Shown here one piece after another: positions 26,244 through 35,607 of a DNA stretch of 64,000 nt (positions are counted from its first letter, which is position 1; each line of letters begins with the position of its first letter). A program made the translations under genes and the position numbers. Under the pieces are notes generated by a model. The model was not told where the DNA came from. It did no database searches and saw only the letters and a program-made list of their open reading frames with translations. The stretch is taken from NCBI GenBank assembly GCA_030066595.1, contig JASJBI010000023.1, positions 85,717 to 149,716 on the forward strand, in the 5' to 3' direction. This stretch comes from Alphaproteobacteria bacterium (lineage in GTDB: Bacteria; Pseudomonadota; Alphaproteobacteria; JAJFFI01).

Positions 26244-27635
26244 ATGGCAGAGCAGGTGGCCACCTCAGGCAATGGCGCGGGGCAGGGTGCGCCCGGCGTC
26301 GGACACAAGGCGAACGGCGGCGGCCATGCCGCGGTCCGCCAGATCACCTCGGTCGATCAGGGCGACCGGATCGTCCCCATCAATCTTAGGCAGAGCGGGC
26401 CGACGCCGGTCCAGATGCTGATCTCCACCCGCGTCCGGAAGAACGCCTACTGGCACCTATCGCACCAGGCGGGCTGTTGGCGGGCCACGGTGTACAACCG
26501 CATGTACCACCCGCGCGGCTACGTCCGTCCCGAGGACGGCGGCGCCATGGTCGAATACGACGCCATCGTCAACCACGTCACCATGTGGAACGTGGCCGTC
26601 GAGCGCCAGATCCAGGTCAAGGGCCCCGATGCCGAGGCCTTCGTCAACTACGTGATCACCCGCGACGCCACCCGCATCGAGCCGATGCACGGCAAATACG
26701 TGATCCTGTGCAACGAGAAGGGCGGGATCCTGAATGACCCGGTGCTGCTGCGACTGGCCGAGGACGAGTTCTGGTTCTCGCTGTCGGACTCGGACATCCT
26801 GTTCTGGCTCCAGGGCGTCAATGTCGGCAGGAAGTTCAACGTCGAGATCAGCGAGATCGACGTCTCGCCGGTGCAGATCCAGGGGCCCAAGTCCGAGGCC
26901 TTGATGGCGGATCTGGTCGGCGACGGCATCCGCGACATGCCCTATTACGGCCTGTTGGAGGCCAAGGTCGGCGGCCGCGACTGCGTCATCTCCCAATCGG
27001 GCTTTTCCGGCGAGAAAGGCTACGAGATCTATCTGCGCGACTCGATGCTGTATGCCGAGGACATGTGGAACGCCGTGCTCGAGGCCGGCAAGAAGCACAG
27101 CCTCATGGTGATCGCCCCGGCGCACCACCGGCGCATCGCCGCGGGCATCCTGTCCTGGGGCCAGGATCTGGACCACGAGACCCTGCCCTTCCAGTGCAAT
27201 CTGAGCTACCAGGTCCCGCGCAAGAAGACCGCCGACTACATCGGCAAGGCGCGCCTGGAAGAGGTGCGCGCGCAGGTCGAGGCCGGCAACCCGCCTTATA
27301 AGAACACGCTCGTGGGCATTGCATTGGGCGGCAAGCCGATCGAGGACTACGCCCCCGATTTCTGGCTGATCTCGGGCGAGGACGGCGGCGCGCCGGTGGG
27401 CTACGTCACCTCGCCCTGGTACTCGCCCGAGCTCGAAACCAATATTGCCATGGGCTATGTGCCGTGGGAGATGCGCGATCTCGGCACGCGGCTCAAGATC
27501 TGGCTGCCGGACCAGTATGCCGAGACGCCGGGCGTGCCCGTGGACGGCCGGATCGTCGAGGTCCCGTTCCGCCCGTCGGTCAACCCGAACGCCCGCGAGA
27601 TCGCCAAATCCGAAGGCCGCGACGCGGCATTCTGA
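26244..27635 (+). CDS. aminomethyltransferase (GcvT/DmdA) family protein, probable THF-dependent demethylase
   Basis: ORF trimmed to MAEQVATS (atg 26244, SD AGGAG upstream); GcvT-fold pattern (YDAIVNHVTMWNVAVERQIQVKGPDAEAFVNYVITRD...); 463 aa with ~100-aa N-terminal extension relative to GcvT. Confidence 0.8.
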   Translation: MAEQVATSGNGAGQGAPGVGHKANGGGHAAVRQITSVDQGDRIVPINLRQSGPTPVQMLISTRVRKNAYWHLSHQAGCWRATVYNRMYHPRGYVRPEDGGAMVEYDAIVNHVTMWNVAVERQIQVKGPDAEAFVNYVITRDATRIEPMHGKYVILCNEKGGILNDPVLLRLAEDEFWFSLSDSDILFWLQGVNVGRKFNVEISEIDVSPVQIQGPKSEALMADLVGDGIRDMPYYGLLEAKVGGRDCVISQSGFSGEKGYEIYLRDSMLYAEDMWNAVLEAGKKHSLMVIAPAHHRRIAAGILSWGQDLDHETLPFQCNLSYQVPRKKTADYIGKARLEEVRAQVEAGNPPYKNTLVGIALGGKPIEDYAPDFWLISGEDGGAPVGYVTSPWYSPELETNIAMGYVPWEMRDLGTRLKIWLPDQYAETPGVPVDGRIVEVPFRPSVNPNAREIAKSEGRDAAF

Positions 27636-27859
27636 CCGTTCTTTGTTCGGCCAGGTAGGCCATCCCTCCCTCGATTGCCCGCTTCCGACACGTCCTCGGA
27701 AGCGGGCTTCCTTTGAGATGGCGCCATGCGCCGGCCAGATGGCGTCCGGCCGCCGGGCAGCAGTCGCGGATCCACGCCAGAGGCCTGAAATAGCTGGAAA
27801 CGAGACAGGATTGGCGGCACAATCGCGCCCCGCATAAGGACTTGAGGGGACCCCAGCAC

Positions 27860-28243
27860 ATGATGAAGCCCAAGCGTCTGCGCCTTGCCGTCTTGACTTG
27901 GCTCACCGCCGCCCTGCTGGCCACGCCGGCCCTAGCCTTCCTGGACGGCTACGAGGGCGTGTTCGGCACACGGGGCCTCAAGCTCACGGACGATGACAGA
28001 AAGATCATCGGCGAAGCGGTCGAAGCCGCCTTGGCAGATCTCAAGCTGGGGCAAAACAAGGATTGGAGCAACCCGAAGACGGGCGTCTACGGCAGCGTCA
28101 CCCCCCTGCGCGAAGAGCAATACAAGGGCATGCGGTGCCGCGAATACATGCTGGTGATCAAGGCCCCGGACAATCCCCGCGTGCACCAGTTCCGCATCCC
28201 CGAATGCTTGGTGCCGGGCGAAGGCTGGAAGATGGCCTTTTAG
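27860..28243 (+). CDS. small secreted protein with 17-kDa-surface-antigen-like C-terminal domain
   Basis: Signal peptide; motif NPKTGVYGSVTPL...YKGMRCREY resembles the conserved C-terminal segment of the Rickettsia 17-kDa-antigen / COG4520 family. Confidence 0.55.
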   Translation: MMKPKRLRLAVLTWLTAALLATPALAFLDGYEGVFGTRGLKLTDDDRKIIGEAVEAALADLKLGQNKDWSNPKTGVYGSVTPLREEQYKGMRCREYMLVIKAPDNPRVHQFRIPECLVPGEGWKMAF

Positions 28244-28471
28244 GCCCACTGCGCCGCCGCCCCAAGACTCCGAGACCCTGACACGACCGGCCGCGACTGG
28301 CAAAGTTGCGGCGTCGACACCGCTGGGAAGCCCGCCCGCGGGACGCATTGTCCCGTGCGGGCCAGCCCATTGGTCCGGCTGGCAGGCCGGTACGGAACCC
28401 CCTATCCTTGGCGCGATTCTGCGGCCCGCAAGCGGGACGGCCGGATTCTGCATCGCGGAGGGGAGGACGGT

Positions 28472-29818
28472 ATGCTTTGCATTTGGGACCCTATTTCGTC
28501 TCGTCGGATCTTGACGCTCTGTCTGGCGCTTGCGGCATTGATGCTGCTGGCGCTTGGCCCGTCTCCTGCCCAGGGCCAGGTCACGCGGGCGGAGCTGCGC
28601 GAAGATCTCTTCCGGTACACGGGTCGCTACATCGACCAGCTTTCGGAAGCCCTGGACGCACTTAGGAGCAAAGCCAAGACAGCCCGGGTCCGGCGCCAAG
28701 CGCAGGACAGCAAGGTGGCCGCTGGGGAGAACGCGATCCGGATCAGCGTCGGCCCGTATCCGGAGGTGAACCTGCTCGACATGGTGGTGCTGGTCTCTCT
28801 GCAGCGCACTGTCCTGGAAGACCACTGGATCCCCAAGGAGTTCGGCAAGAAGAGCGGCGCCCCCTTGGCACGCGTCCTCCGCAAGCTCGAGGCCGAAATC
28901 TGGAGCATCGCGGCCAAAGTGCTGTCCGCGCCGCAGCAAGAGGAGTTGCGCCGACTGATCAAGGAATGGCGTAAACGAAATCCCGAGGTCATCTACGTCG
29001 AAGCCACGCGTTTCGGCGATTTCTCGAAGGAGTTCGCCAAGTCGGCGCTGGCCAAAGCGGGCTCGCCCGGGTTCCTGCTGCCGGAGGTGGGGGCCGCGGG
29101 CGAAGCGGTGGAAGAGCTGCGCCTGTTGGGCGAGCGGCTGATGTTCTATCTGCAGTACCTGCCGCCCCTCACGCGGGCGCAGGCGGATCTGATCGCGCTC
29201 GACCTCCTCAATCAGCCGGAGACCCGAACCCTCTTGGCCAACGCGGACGCGATCACCGCGCAGGTGAAGCAGTTCAATGTGACGCTCGAGGCCCTGCCCG
29301 ATGAGATCGCGGCGCGCCAGATCGAGGTCGTCGACCATGCCGTGGCGCGCCTGAAGGAAGAGCAAGAACTGCTGCTGAACCAACTCCAAGAGAGCGATGA
29401 ACGCATGCGCGGATTTCTCGCGGATGTAAGGAAGACCGCGGAAGTAGGGCAGGCGCTCGCGGCCCAGATCGACAGCACGACCGACAAGGTCACGGTCCTG
29501 GTCGAGCCCGACGAGACGGATCCCTTCACGCCGACCAGAATCGCCCAGTTGTTGGGCCAGGCGGACCAAGTGGCGCAACGGACGGAACGGCTCGTCGATG
29601 CCGCGCAAACGCTGCTCGTCTCGGCGCCGGCTGGCGAGAGCTCCGCCGCGCTCATCACGCTGGTCGACAGGATCGATCGGGAAGCCGACGACTTGGTGGA
29701 CCGGTTCTTTTGGGGGATGCTGATCCTGCTGCTCGTGATCCTAATCGGGGCGCCGATCTCGATGCTCGCCTACCGGTATGCGTCACAGCGGCTACCCCAG
29801 CCCGCGGGAAAGGCGTAG
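28472..29818 (+). CDS. hypothetical membrane-anchored periplasmic coiled-coil protein
   Basis: ORF trimmed to MLCIWDP (atg 28472, SD GGAGGA); signal peptide, long A/L/E/Q/R-rich helical region, C-terminal TM FFWGMLILLLVILIGAPISMLAY. Confidence 0.6.
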   Translation: MLCIWDPISSRRILTLCLALAALMLLALGPSPAQGQVTRAELREDLFRYTGRYIDQLSEALDALRSKAKTARVRRQAQDSKVAAGENAIRISVGPYPEVNLLDMVVLVSLQRTVLEDHWIPKEFGKKSGAPLARVLRKLEAEIWSIAAKVLSAPQQEELRRLIKEWRKRNPEVIYVEATRFGDFSKEFAKSALAKAGSPGFLLPEVGAAGEAVEELRLLGERLMFYLQYLPPLTRAQADLIALDLLNQPETRTLLANADAITAQVKQFNVTLEALPDEIAARQIEVVDHAVARLKEEQELLLNQLQESDERMRGFLADVRKTAEVGQALAAQIDSTTDKVTVLVEPDETDPFTPTRIAQLLGQADQVAQRTERLVDAAQTLLVSAPAGESSAALITLVDRIDREADDLVDRFFWGMLILLLVILIGAPISMLAYRYASQRLPQPAGKA

Positions 29819-29852
29819 AGCCGACGGAAAGGCCGTTCCGATCGGCCGCGGC

Positions 29853-30287
29853 CTATCGCGCCAGCGCGAACTTCCAGACCTGGCCCGAAGCGGTGTCGGT
29901 CGCCTGATACATGTTCGGCCCGTATTTGCGGCCGCCGGTCGGTGCGATCTGGAAACAGCGCTCCTTGCCGGCCCAGAGCTCCTGCCAGCGCAGGCACAGC
30001 GTCCCGCCCGCCACCCGCCAGTCGCCTTCGTCCGAGAAGTTCATGGGCGAAGCGCCGTCGGGGGAGCCGATCATCAGGGTGTAGGAAGCCGTCATGCGGC
30101 CGTCTGCGGTGAACCGCCAGAGATCGTCGCGTGAGTACCGGTCCCGGTCCGGGAGCTCCGATGTGTAGAGGGTCATACCCACGAACAGGCGCGCAAGCGC
30201 GTCATCGGCCGCGCGCTCCTGCGCGGCGCCGATTCCGGCGGCGGCGCAGAGCGCCAGGGTCGAACAGATCCGGATCAGGCTGCGCAC
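29853..30287 (-). CDS. secreted hypothetical protein
   Basis: 144 aa, signal peptide MRSLIRICSTLALCAAAGIGAAQ; no family recognised. Confidence 0.5.
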   Translation of the reverse strand: MRSLIRICSTLALCAAAGIGAAQERAADDALARLFVGMTLYTSELPDRDRYSRDDLWRFTADGRMTASYTLMIGSPDGASPMNFSDEGDWRVAGGTLCLRWQELWAGKERCFQIAPTGGRKYGPNMYQATDTASGQVWKFALAR

Positions 30288-30379
30288 ACAGGTTCTCCAA
30301 GACTATGGCAATCGAACACCCACAACATGCGACCGCCCCTCGCACGTCAATCCCGGCGCTTCGGTTGTCTTCGCATCGC

Positions 30380-30393
30380 GCAAAGCGTTTTGC
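30380..30393. promoter_or_regulatory. near-perfect 14-bp palindrome GCAAAGCGTTTTGC upstream of second Pot-like ABC operon (candidate operator)
   Basis: Located ~48 nt upstream of atg 30441 in a locally low-GC divergent promoter region; followed by TAACAT (-10-like). Confidence 0.25.
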
Positions 30394-30440
30394 TAACATC
30401 CCCCGGGGCGGAACCCGTTACTGGAAAACACCTGGACGGG

Positions 30441-31655
30441 ATGTTTTCTGAAACCGAGTGTGATCCATCGGGATCACGATCGCAAATCGGCAGGGGGTTG
30501 CAGCGGGAATTGGGGGACGCGCGGAAACCAGCCGCGACAGGCGCGGACATTCGCCTAAGCGGCGTGTCGAAACGCTACGGCGACATCGTCGCAGTGGACG
30601 AGATCGAGCTGACGATCCCGGGCGGCGCGTATTGCTGTCTGCTGGGACCGAGCGGCTGCGGCAAGACGTCCACATTGCGCATGATCGCAGGCCACGAAAC
30701 CATTTCGTCGGGCGAGATCGCGATCGGCGGACAGGTGGTGAACGGCCTGGCGCCGGCGCAGCGCCCGACGGCGATGATGTTTCAGAACTACGCGCTGTTC
30801 CCACATCTGAACTGCCTGGACAACGTGGCGTTCAGCCTGAAGATGCAGGGCGTCGGCAAGACGGAGCGCCACGACAAGGCCCGCGAGCTCTTGAGCCTGG
30901 TGCACATGGAGGGCTTTGCGGCGCGGTTGCCGGCCCAGCTGTCCGGCGGCCAGCAGCAGCGTGTCGCCCTGGCCCGTGCGCTGGTCACCAATCCCCAGGT
31001 CCTGCTGCTGGACGAGCCCTTATCGGCGCTCGACCCGTTCCTCAGGGTGCGCATGCGGGACGAGCTGCGCCGGCTGCAGATCGAGCTGGGCATCACATTT
31101 GTCCATGTCACCCACTCGCAGGAAGAGGCGATGGCGCTCGCCGATCTCATCGTCGTGATGGACCACGGACGGATCGAGCAGGTGGGCGCGCCGCGCACCG
31201 TCTACAGCGAGCCGGCGACCCTGTTCGTCGCCCGTTTCATCGGCGGCCACAACATCATCACCGGGACGGTGGCCGAACAGGGCAACGGCATCGCGACCCT
31301 GTCCGGGCCGGGCGGTCAGCGCTTCCGCGTGCCGAGCCCGTCGGTGCCGACCGGCGCCTCGATCGCCTTCGCGGTCCGGGCCGACAAGATTGCGCTGGAG
31401 AAGGCGGCGCAGACCCAGTCCACCGACGGCCACAGCGGCGCCCTGCCCGGTACGGTGACATCGGTCGAATATCAGGGCGCATGGGTACAGGTCGGGCTCG
31501 ACGCCGCCGGCGTGGATGAATTCACGGTGGCGCTCAACGAGTCGGCGTTCTTCGATCAGCCGGTCGAGGTCGGCGACCAAGTCTCGGCCGTCTGGGCGCT
31601 GGAGCATGTTCACTTACTCGCTGGCGCGCCGATCGCCGGCGCAGAACCGTATTGA
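30441..31655 (+). CDS. ABC transporter ATP-binding protein (PotA-like)
   Basis: Walker A GPSGCGKT, signature [15 protein letters not shown], Walker B LLLDEPLSALD, C-terminal TOBE domain; start set to MFSETE (atg 30441) after a low-GC promoter-like region. Confidence 0.85.
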   Translation: MFSETECDPSGSRSQIGRGLQRELGDARKPAATGADIRLSGVSKRYGDIVAVDEIELTIPGGAYCCLLGPSGCGKTSTLRMIAGHETISSGEIAIGGQVVNGLAPAQRPTAMMFQNYALFPHLNCLDNVAFSLKMQGVGKTERHDKARELLSLVHMEGFAARLPAQLSGGQQQRVALARALVTNPQVLLLDEPLSALDPFLRVRMRDELRRLQIELGITFVHVTHSQEEAMALADLIVVMDHGRIEQVGAPRTVYSEPATLFVARFIGGHNIITGTVAEQGNGIATLSGPGGQRFRVPSPSVPTGASIAFAVRADKIALEKAAQTQSTDGHSGALPGTVTSVEYQGAWVQVGLDAAGVDEFTVALNESAFFDQPVEVGDQVSAVWALEHVHLLAGAPIAGAEPY

Positions 31656-31687
31656 CGCAAACACACATCAGGGAGAAGGAGGGTCTC

Positions 31688-32998
31688 GTGAGCAAGAAAA
31701 GCAGAAAGACAATCGCACACCCCGGCACGACAAAGGCCGTTTCGCGCCGGAAGGTGATCAAAGGAGCCGGCGCGGTCGCCGGGCTGGCCGCCGGCAGCGG
31801 CCTGGTCAAGGGTTTCCCCTACGTCATGGCGGCCGATCCCATCACGCTGCGCTACGCCAGCACGGCGGTCACCCAGGACACGCGGCTGGCTGCAAAGGTC
31901 AAGGAAGACCTTGGCATCACCATCCAGTACATCCCGCTGACCTCGGACGACGTCGTCAAGACCGCGGTGACCCAGCCGAACCGGTTCGACATCCTCGAGC
32001 CCGAGGTCTGGATGGTGAAGAAGATCGTGCCGTCCGGAAACCTGCGTGGCATGGACACGCGCCGGATCAAACAGGCCGGCAACATCACCACCGTGTTCAC
32101 CGAAGGCAAGGTTGCCGGCAAGAAGATCGGCGACCAGGGGACCGCACCGATCAAGGTCGTCTACCTGACCGGCGAAGAGAGCAAGACGTTCTCCAAGGAC
32201 GCCACGCGCTGGATGTCGATCATCCCGTCGGTCTACAACGCCGACACCCTGGGCATCCGGCCGGATCTGATCGGCCGTCCGATCGAGAACTGGCACGAGC
32301 TCTTGAACCCGGAGTTCAAGGGCAAGGCCGCGATCCTGAACATTCCGTCGATCGGCATCATGGATGCGGCGATGGTGGTCGAATCCATGGGCGAGCACAC
32401 CTATGGCGACAAGGGCAACATGACCCGCGATGAGATCGACCTGACCATCAAGGTGCTGACCGAGGCCAAGAAGGCCGGACAGTTCCGCGCCTTCTGGAAG
32501 GAGTTCAACGAGTCGGTGAACCTGATGGCCTCAGGCGAGGTGGTGATCCAGTCCATGTGGTCGCCGGCCGTCACCAAGGTCCGCTCGCAGGGCATCCCCT
32601 GCATCTACCAGCCCTTGAAGGAGGGCTACCGGGCCTGGGCGTCGGGCATCGCGCTGCCAGTGACGCTCAAGGGCAAGAAGCTCGATGCGGCCTATGAGCT
32701 CATCAATTGGTACCTGTCCGGCTGGGCCGGCGCGTTCCTGAACCGGCAGGGCTACTACTCGGCGGTGCTGTCGACGGCGGAGGCGTCCATGGAGCCCTAT
32801 GAGTGGGACTACTGGATGCTCGGCAAGCCGGCGGCCAAGGACATCAAGGCCCCGGACGGCACCGTCATCGAGAAGGCCGGCACCGTGCGCGACGGCGGCT
32901 CCTTCAACGAGCGCATGGGGGCGGTTGCCTGCTGGAACGCGGTCATGGACGAGAACCGCTACATGGTCCGGAAATGGAACGAGTTCATCGCCGCCTGA
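31688..32998 (+). CDS. ABC transporter substrate-binding protein (PotD/PotF family) with Tat-type signal
   Basis: GTG start after GGAGAAGGAGG; twin-Arg motif SRRKVIKGAGAVAGLAAG; SBP family-1 size. Confidence 0.8.
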   Translation: MSKKSRKTIAHPGTTKAVSRRKVIKGAGAVAGLAAGSGLVKGFPYVMAADPITLRYASTAVTQDTRLAAKVKEDLGITIQYIPLTSDDVVKTAVTQPNRFDILEPEVWMVKKIVPSGNLRGMDTRRIKQAGNITTVFTEGKVAGKKIGDQGTAPIKVVYLTGEESKTFSKDATRWMSIIPSVYNADTLGIRPDLIGRPIENWHELLNPEFKGKAAILNIPSIGIMDAAMVVESMGEHTYGDKGNMTRDEIDLTIKVLTEAKKAGQFRAFWKEFNESVNLMASGEVVIQSMWSPAVTKVRSQGIPCIYQPLKEGYRAWASGIALPVTLKGKKLDAAYELINWYLSGWAGAFLNRQGYYSAVLSTAEASMEPYEWDYWMLGKPAAKDIKAPDGTVIEKAGTVRDGGSFNERMGAVACWNAVMDENRYMVRKWNEFIAA

Positions 32999-33059
32999 GC
33001 TGATCGGATTTGCGCCGGGGCGGCACCGATGCCGCCCCGGCGGTCCGTTCATCGCCCAA

Positions 33060-33938
33060 ATGCGATCCCATCGTCCGACCGTCGCCTATCTGCAGGCCGC
33101 GCCCCTGGCGCTGGTCTTTCTGCTGTTCTTCGTCGTGCCGCTCGTGCTGACGGTGATCGTCAGCGTCTGGGACTACAACGAATACCAGATCATTCCCGAC
33201 TTCACCTTCAACAACTACCGGGAGATCTTCGAGGGCTGCATCGCCGACCTGCCGGCGCTCTGCGTGACCTTCAAGACCTATTGGAGCACAGTCAAATACG
33301 GCTTTCTGGTCTGGCTGTGCACGCTCGTGATCGGCTTCACGATCGCCTATTTCCTGGCCTTCCACGTCCGCACCCTGACCGTCCAGATCGTGCTGTTCCT
33401 GATCTGCACCATTCCCTTCTGGACCTCGAACGTGATCCGCATGATCTCCTGGATCCCGCTCTTGGGCCGGAACGGGCTGGTCAACGACGCCTTGTTGGGG
33501 CTCGGTCTGGTGAGCGAGCGACAGGAGTGGCTCCTGTTCTCGGGCTTCTCGGTCGTGCTCGCCTTCGTGCACCTCTACACGCTGTTCATGATCGTGCCGA
33601 TCTTCAACTCGATGATGCGGATCGACCGGACGCTCTTGGAGGCGGCCAACGACGCCGGCGCCAGCGGCTGGCAGACGCTTACCAACGTGGTGATCCCGTT
33701 GTGCAAGCCGGGCATCACGATCGGGTCCATCTTCGTGATCACCATCGTCATGGGCGATTTCATCACCATCGGCGTCATGGGTGGCCAACAGATCGCCTCG
33801 ATCGGCAAGGTCATCCAGGTGGAGATGTCCTATCTGCAGTTCCCGGCAGCGGCGGCCAACGCCGTCATCCTGCTCGCCGTCGTGCTGATGATCATCTACG
33901 CCATGACCCGGCTGGTCGACATCCGGAAGGAACTCTAG
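33060..33938 (+). CDS. ABC transporter permease (PotB-like)
   Basis: ORF trimmed to MRSHRPTVAYL (atg 33060); 6 TM segments, permease EAA-loop region. Confidence 0.85.
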   Translation: MRSHRPTVAYLQAAPLALVFLLFFVVPLVLTVIVSVWDYNEYQIIPDFTFNNYREIFEGCIADLPALCVTFKTYWSTVKYGFLVWLCTLVIGFTIAYFLAFHVRTLTVQIVLFLICTIPFWTSNVIRMISWIPLLGRNGLVNDALLGLGLVSERQEWLLFSGFSVVLAFVHLYTLFMIVPIFNSMMRIDRTLLEAANDAGASGWQTLTNVVIPLCKPGITIGSIFVITIVMGDFITIGVMGGQQIASIGKVIQVEMSYLQFPAAAANAVILLAVVLMIIYAMTRLVDIRKEL

Positions 33939-33961
33939 CGGTGCGCGGGGATCGGCGTCCG

Positions 33962-34846
33962 ATGAGCTTCTACCTGCTGGCGGGGGTCTTTGCCCTGTTC
34001 GTGTTGTTCCTCTACGGCCCCATGGGCACGATCATCGTGCTGTCCTTCCAAGGCTCGCAGGGCGGGCTGACCTTTCCGATGGACGGCGTGTCGACCTTCT
34101 GGTTCTCAAAGCTCATGGAAGGCGTTGGCGTGGTCGACATCTGGGCCGCTTTCCGCCGCTCGATCCGCCTCGGCCTTATCGTAATGCTGCTGACGGTGGT
34201 GTTCTCCGTCGCGGCCGGGCTGGCCTTCCGCAAGCGGTTCCTCGGCGCCGGCACGCTCTTCTACGTGGTCGTCGCGAGCTTGATCGTGCCGTCGATCGTC
34301 GTCAGCCTGGGTATCGGGCTCGAGTTCCGGCTGATCGACGATCAGGTCCGGGCGGTCGGCGGCTCCCTCGGCGTCACGTCGATCGTCGAGGACTACACCA
34401 CCTCCATGGGCCTCTTCACCTCGGCGCTGGGCGCGCATCTGACCTGGACGCTGCCCTTCGGGTTGCTCATCATGTTCGCGGTGTTCAATCGGTTCGACAA
34501 ATCCTACGAGGAAGCGGCCCGCGACCTCGGCGCAAGCGACTGGCAGAGCTTCCGCCACGTGGTGCTGCCGATCATCGCGCCCAGCCTGATCGGCGTGGCG
34601 CTGTTCGGCTTCACCCTGTCCTATGACGAGCTGGCCCGCTCGTCCCAGGCCGCGGGCGATCTCAATACCCTGCCGCTCGAGCTGCAGGGGCTGACCACCA
34701 CGGTGACCACGCCGGAGATCTATGCGCTGGGCACGGTGACCACCGGCGTCTCCTTCACCGTGATCCTGCTGGCGCTGGGGCTGGTGCTGTGGCTGCGGCG
34801 CCGGCGGGAACGCCACGGAACCGACGCCGGCCAGGGGATGGTCTGA
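33962..34846 (+). CDS. ABC transporter permease (PotC-like)
   Basis: Embedded in a longer GC-frame ORF; real start MSFYLLAG (atg 33962); EAA loop YEEAARDLGASDWQSFRHVVLPI. Confidence 0.85.
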   Translation: MSFYLLAGVFALFVLFLYGPMGTIIVLSFQGSQGGLTFPMDGVSTFWFSKLMEGVGVVDIWAAFRRSIRLGLIVMLLTVVFSVAAGLAFRKRFLGAGTLFYVVVASLIVPSIVVSLGIGLEFRLIDDQVRAVGGSLGVTSIVEDYTTSMGLFTSALGAHLTWTLPFGLLIMFAVFNRFDKSYEEAARDLGASDWQSFRHVVLPIIAPSLIGVALFGFTLSYDELARSSQAAGDLNTLPLELQGLTTTVTTPEIYALGTVTTGVSFTVILLALGLVLWLRRRRERHGTDAGQGMV

Positions 34847-35583
34847 TGCGAATCCTGGTCGTCAATCCGAACACCACCGCCTCGATGACCGAGAAGATCG
34901 GCGCCGCGGCCCGGTCCGTCGCCGCGCCCGGCACCGAGATCATCGCGGTCAACCCGGCGCACGGCCCCGAGAGCATCGAGGGCTATTACGACGAGGTGTT
35001 CTCCGTCCCGGGCCTGCTCGAGGAGATCGCCAAGGGCGAGGCGGGCGGGGTCGACGGCCATATCCTCGCCTGCTTCGACGACACCGGGCTCGACGCCGCG
35101 CGTACCGCCGCCACGGCGCCCGTGGTGGGGATCTGCGAAGCCGCCCTGCATACCGCCGCGCTGGTCGCCGGATCCTTCTCGATCGTCACCACCCTGGCGC
35201 GCTCGGTTCCGGCCCTGGAAAGCCTGGTACAGAAATACGGCATGGCCCGCCAGTGCCGCCGGGTACGGGCCTCGGAGGTGCCGGTGCTCGCGCTGGAGGA
35301 CCCGGACTCGGACGCACGCGCGGAGATCCGCGCCGAGATCGCCCGCGCGGTCGAGGAGGACCGGGCCGAGGCCATCGTGCTGGGCTGCGCCGGCATGGCC
35401 GATCTCACCCGCGATCTCTCGGCCGAGTTCGGGCTGCCCGTCATCGACGGCGTCGTCGCGGCGGTCAAGCTCGTCGAGGGGCTGGCCGCCCTGGGCCTGA
35501 AGACCAGCAAGGTCGGCGGCTATGCGGCGCCCTTGCCCAAGACATACGCCGGCGACTTCGCCCGCTTCTCACCGAAAACCTGA
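34846..35583 (+). CDS. Asp/Glu/hydantoin racemase family protein
   Basis: MRILVVNPNTT... with two conserved Cys-containing segments (ILACFDDTG; VLGCAGMADL); TGATG overlap with the upstream permease, so co-transcribed. Confidence 0.75.
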   Translation: MRILVVNPNTTASMTEKIGAAARSVAAPGTEIIAVNPAHGPESIEGYYDEVFSVPGLLEEIAKGEAGGVDGHILACFDDTGLDAARTAATAPVVGICEAALHTAALVAGSFSIVTTLARSVPALESLVQKYGMARQCRRVRASEVPVLALEDPDSDARAEIRAEIARAVEEDRAEAIVLGCAGMADLTRDLSAEFGLPVIDGVVAAVKLVEGLAALGLKTSKVGGYAAPLPKTYAGDFARFSPKT

Positions 35584-35607
35584 GCCAGATCTGTCGGGAG
35601 AGCGATC

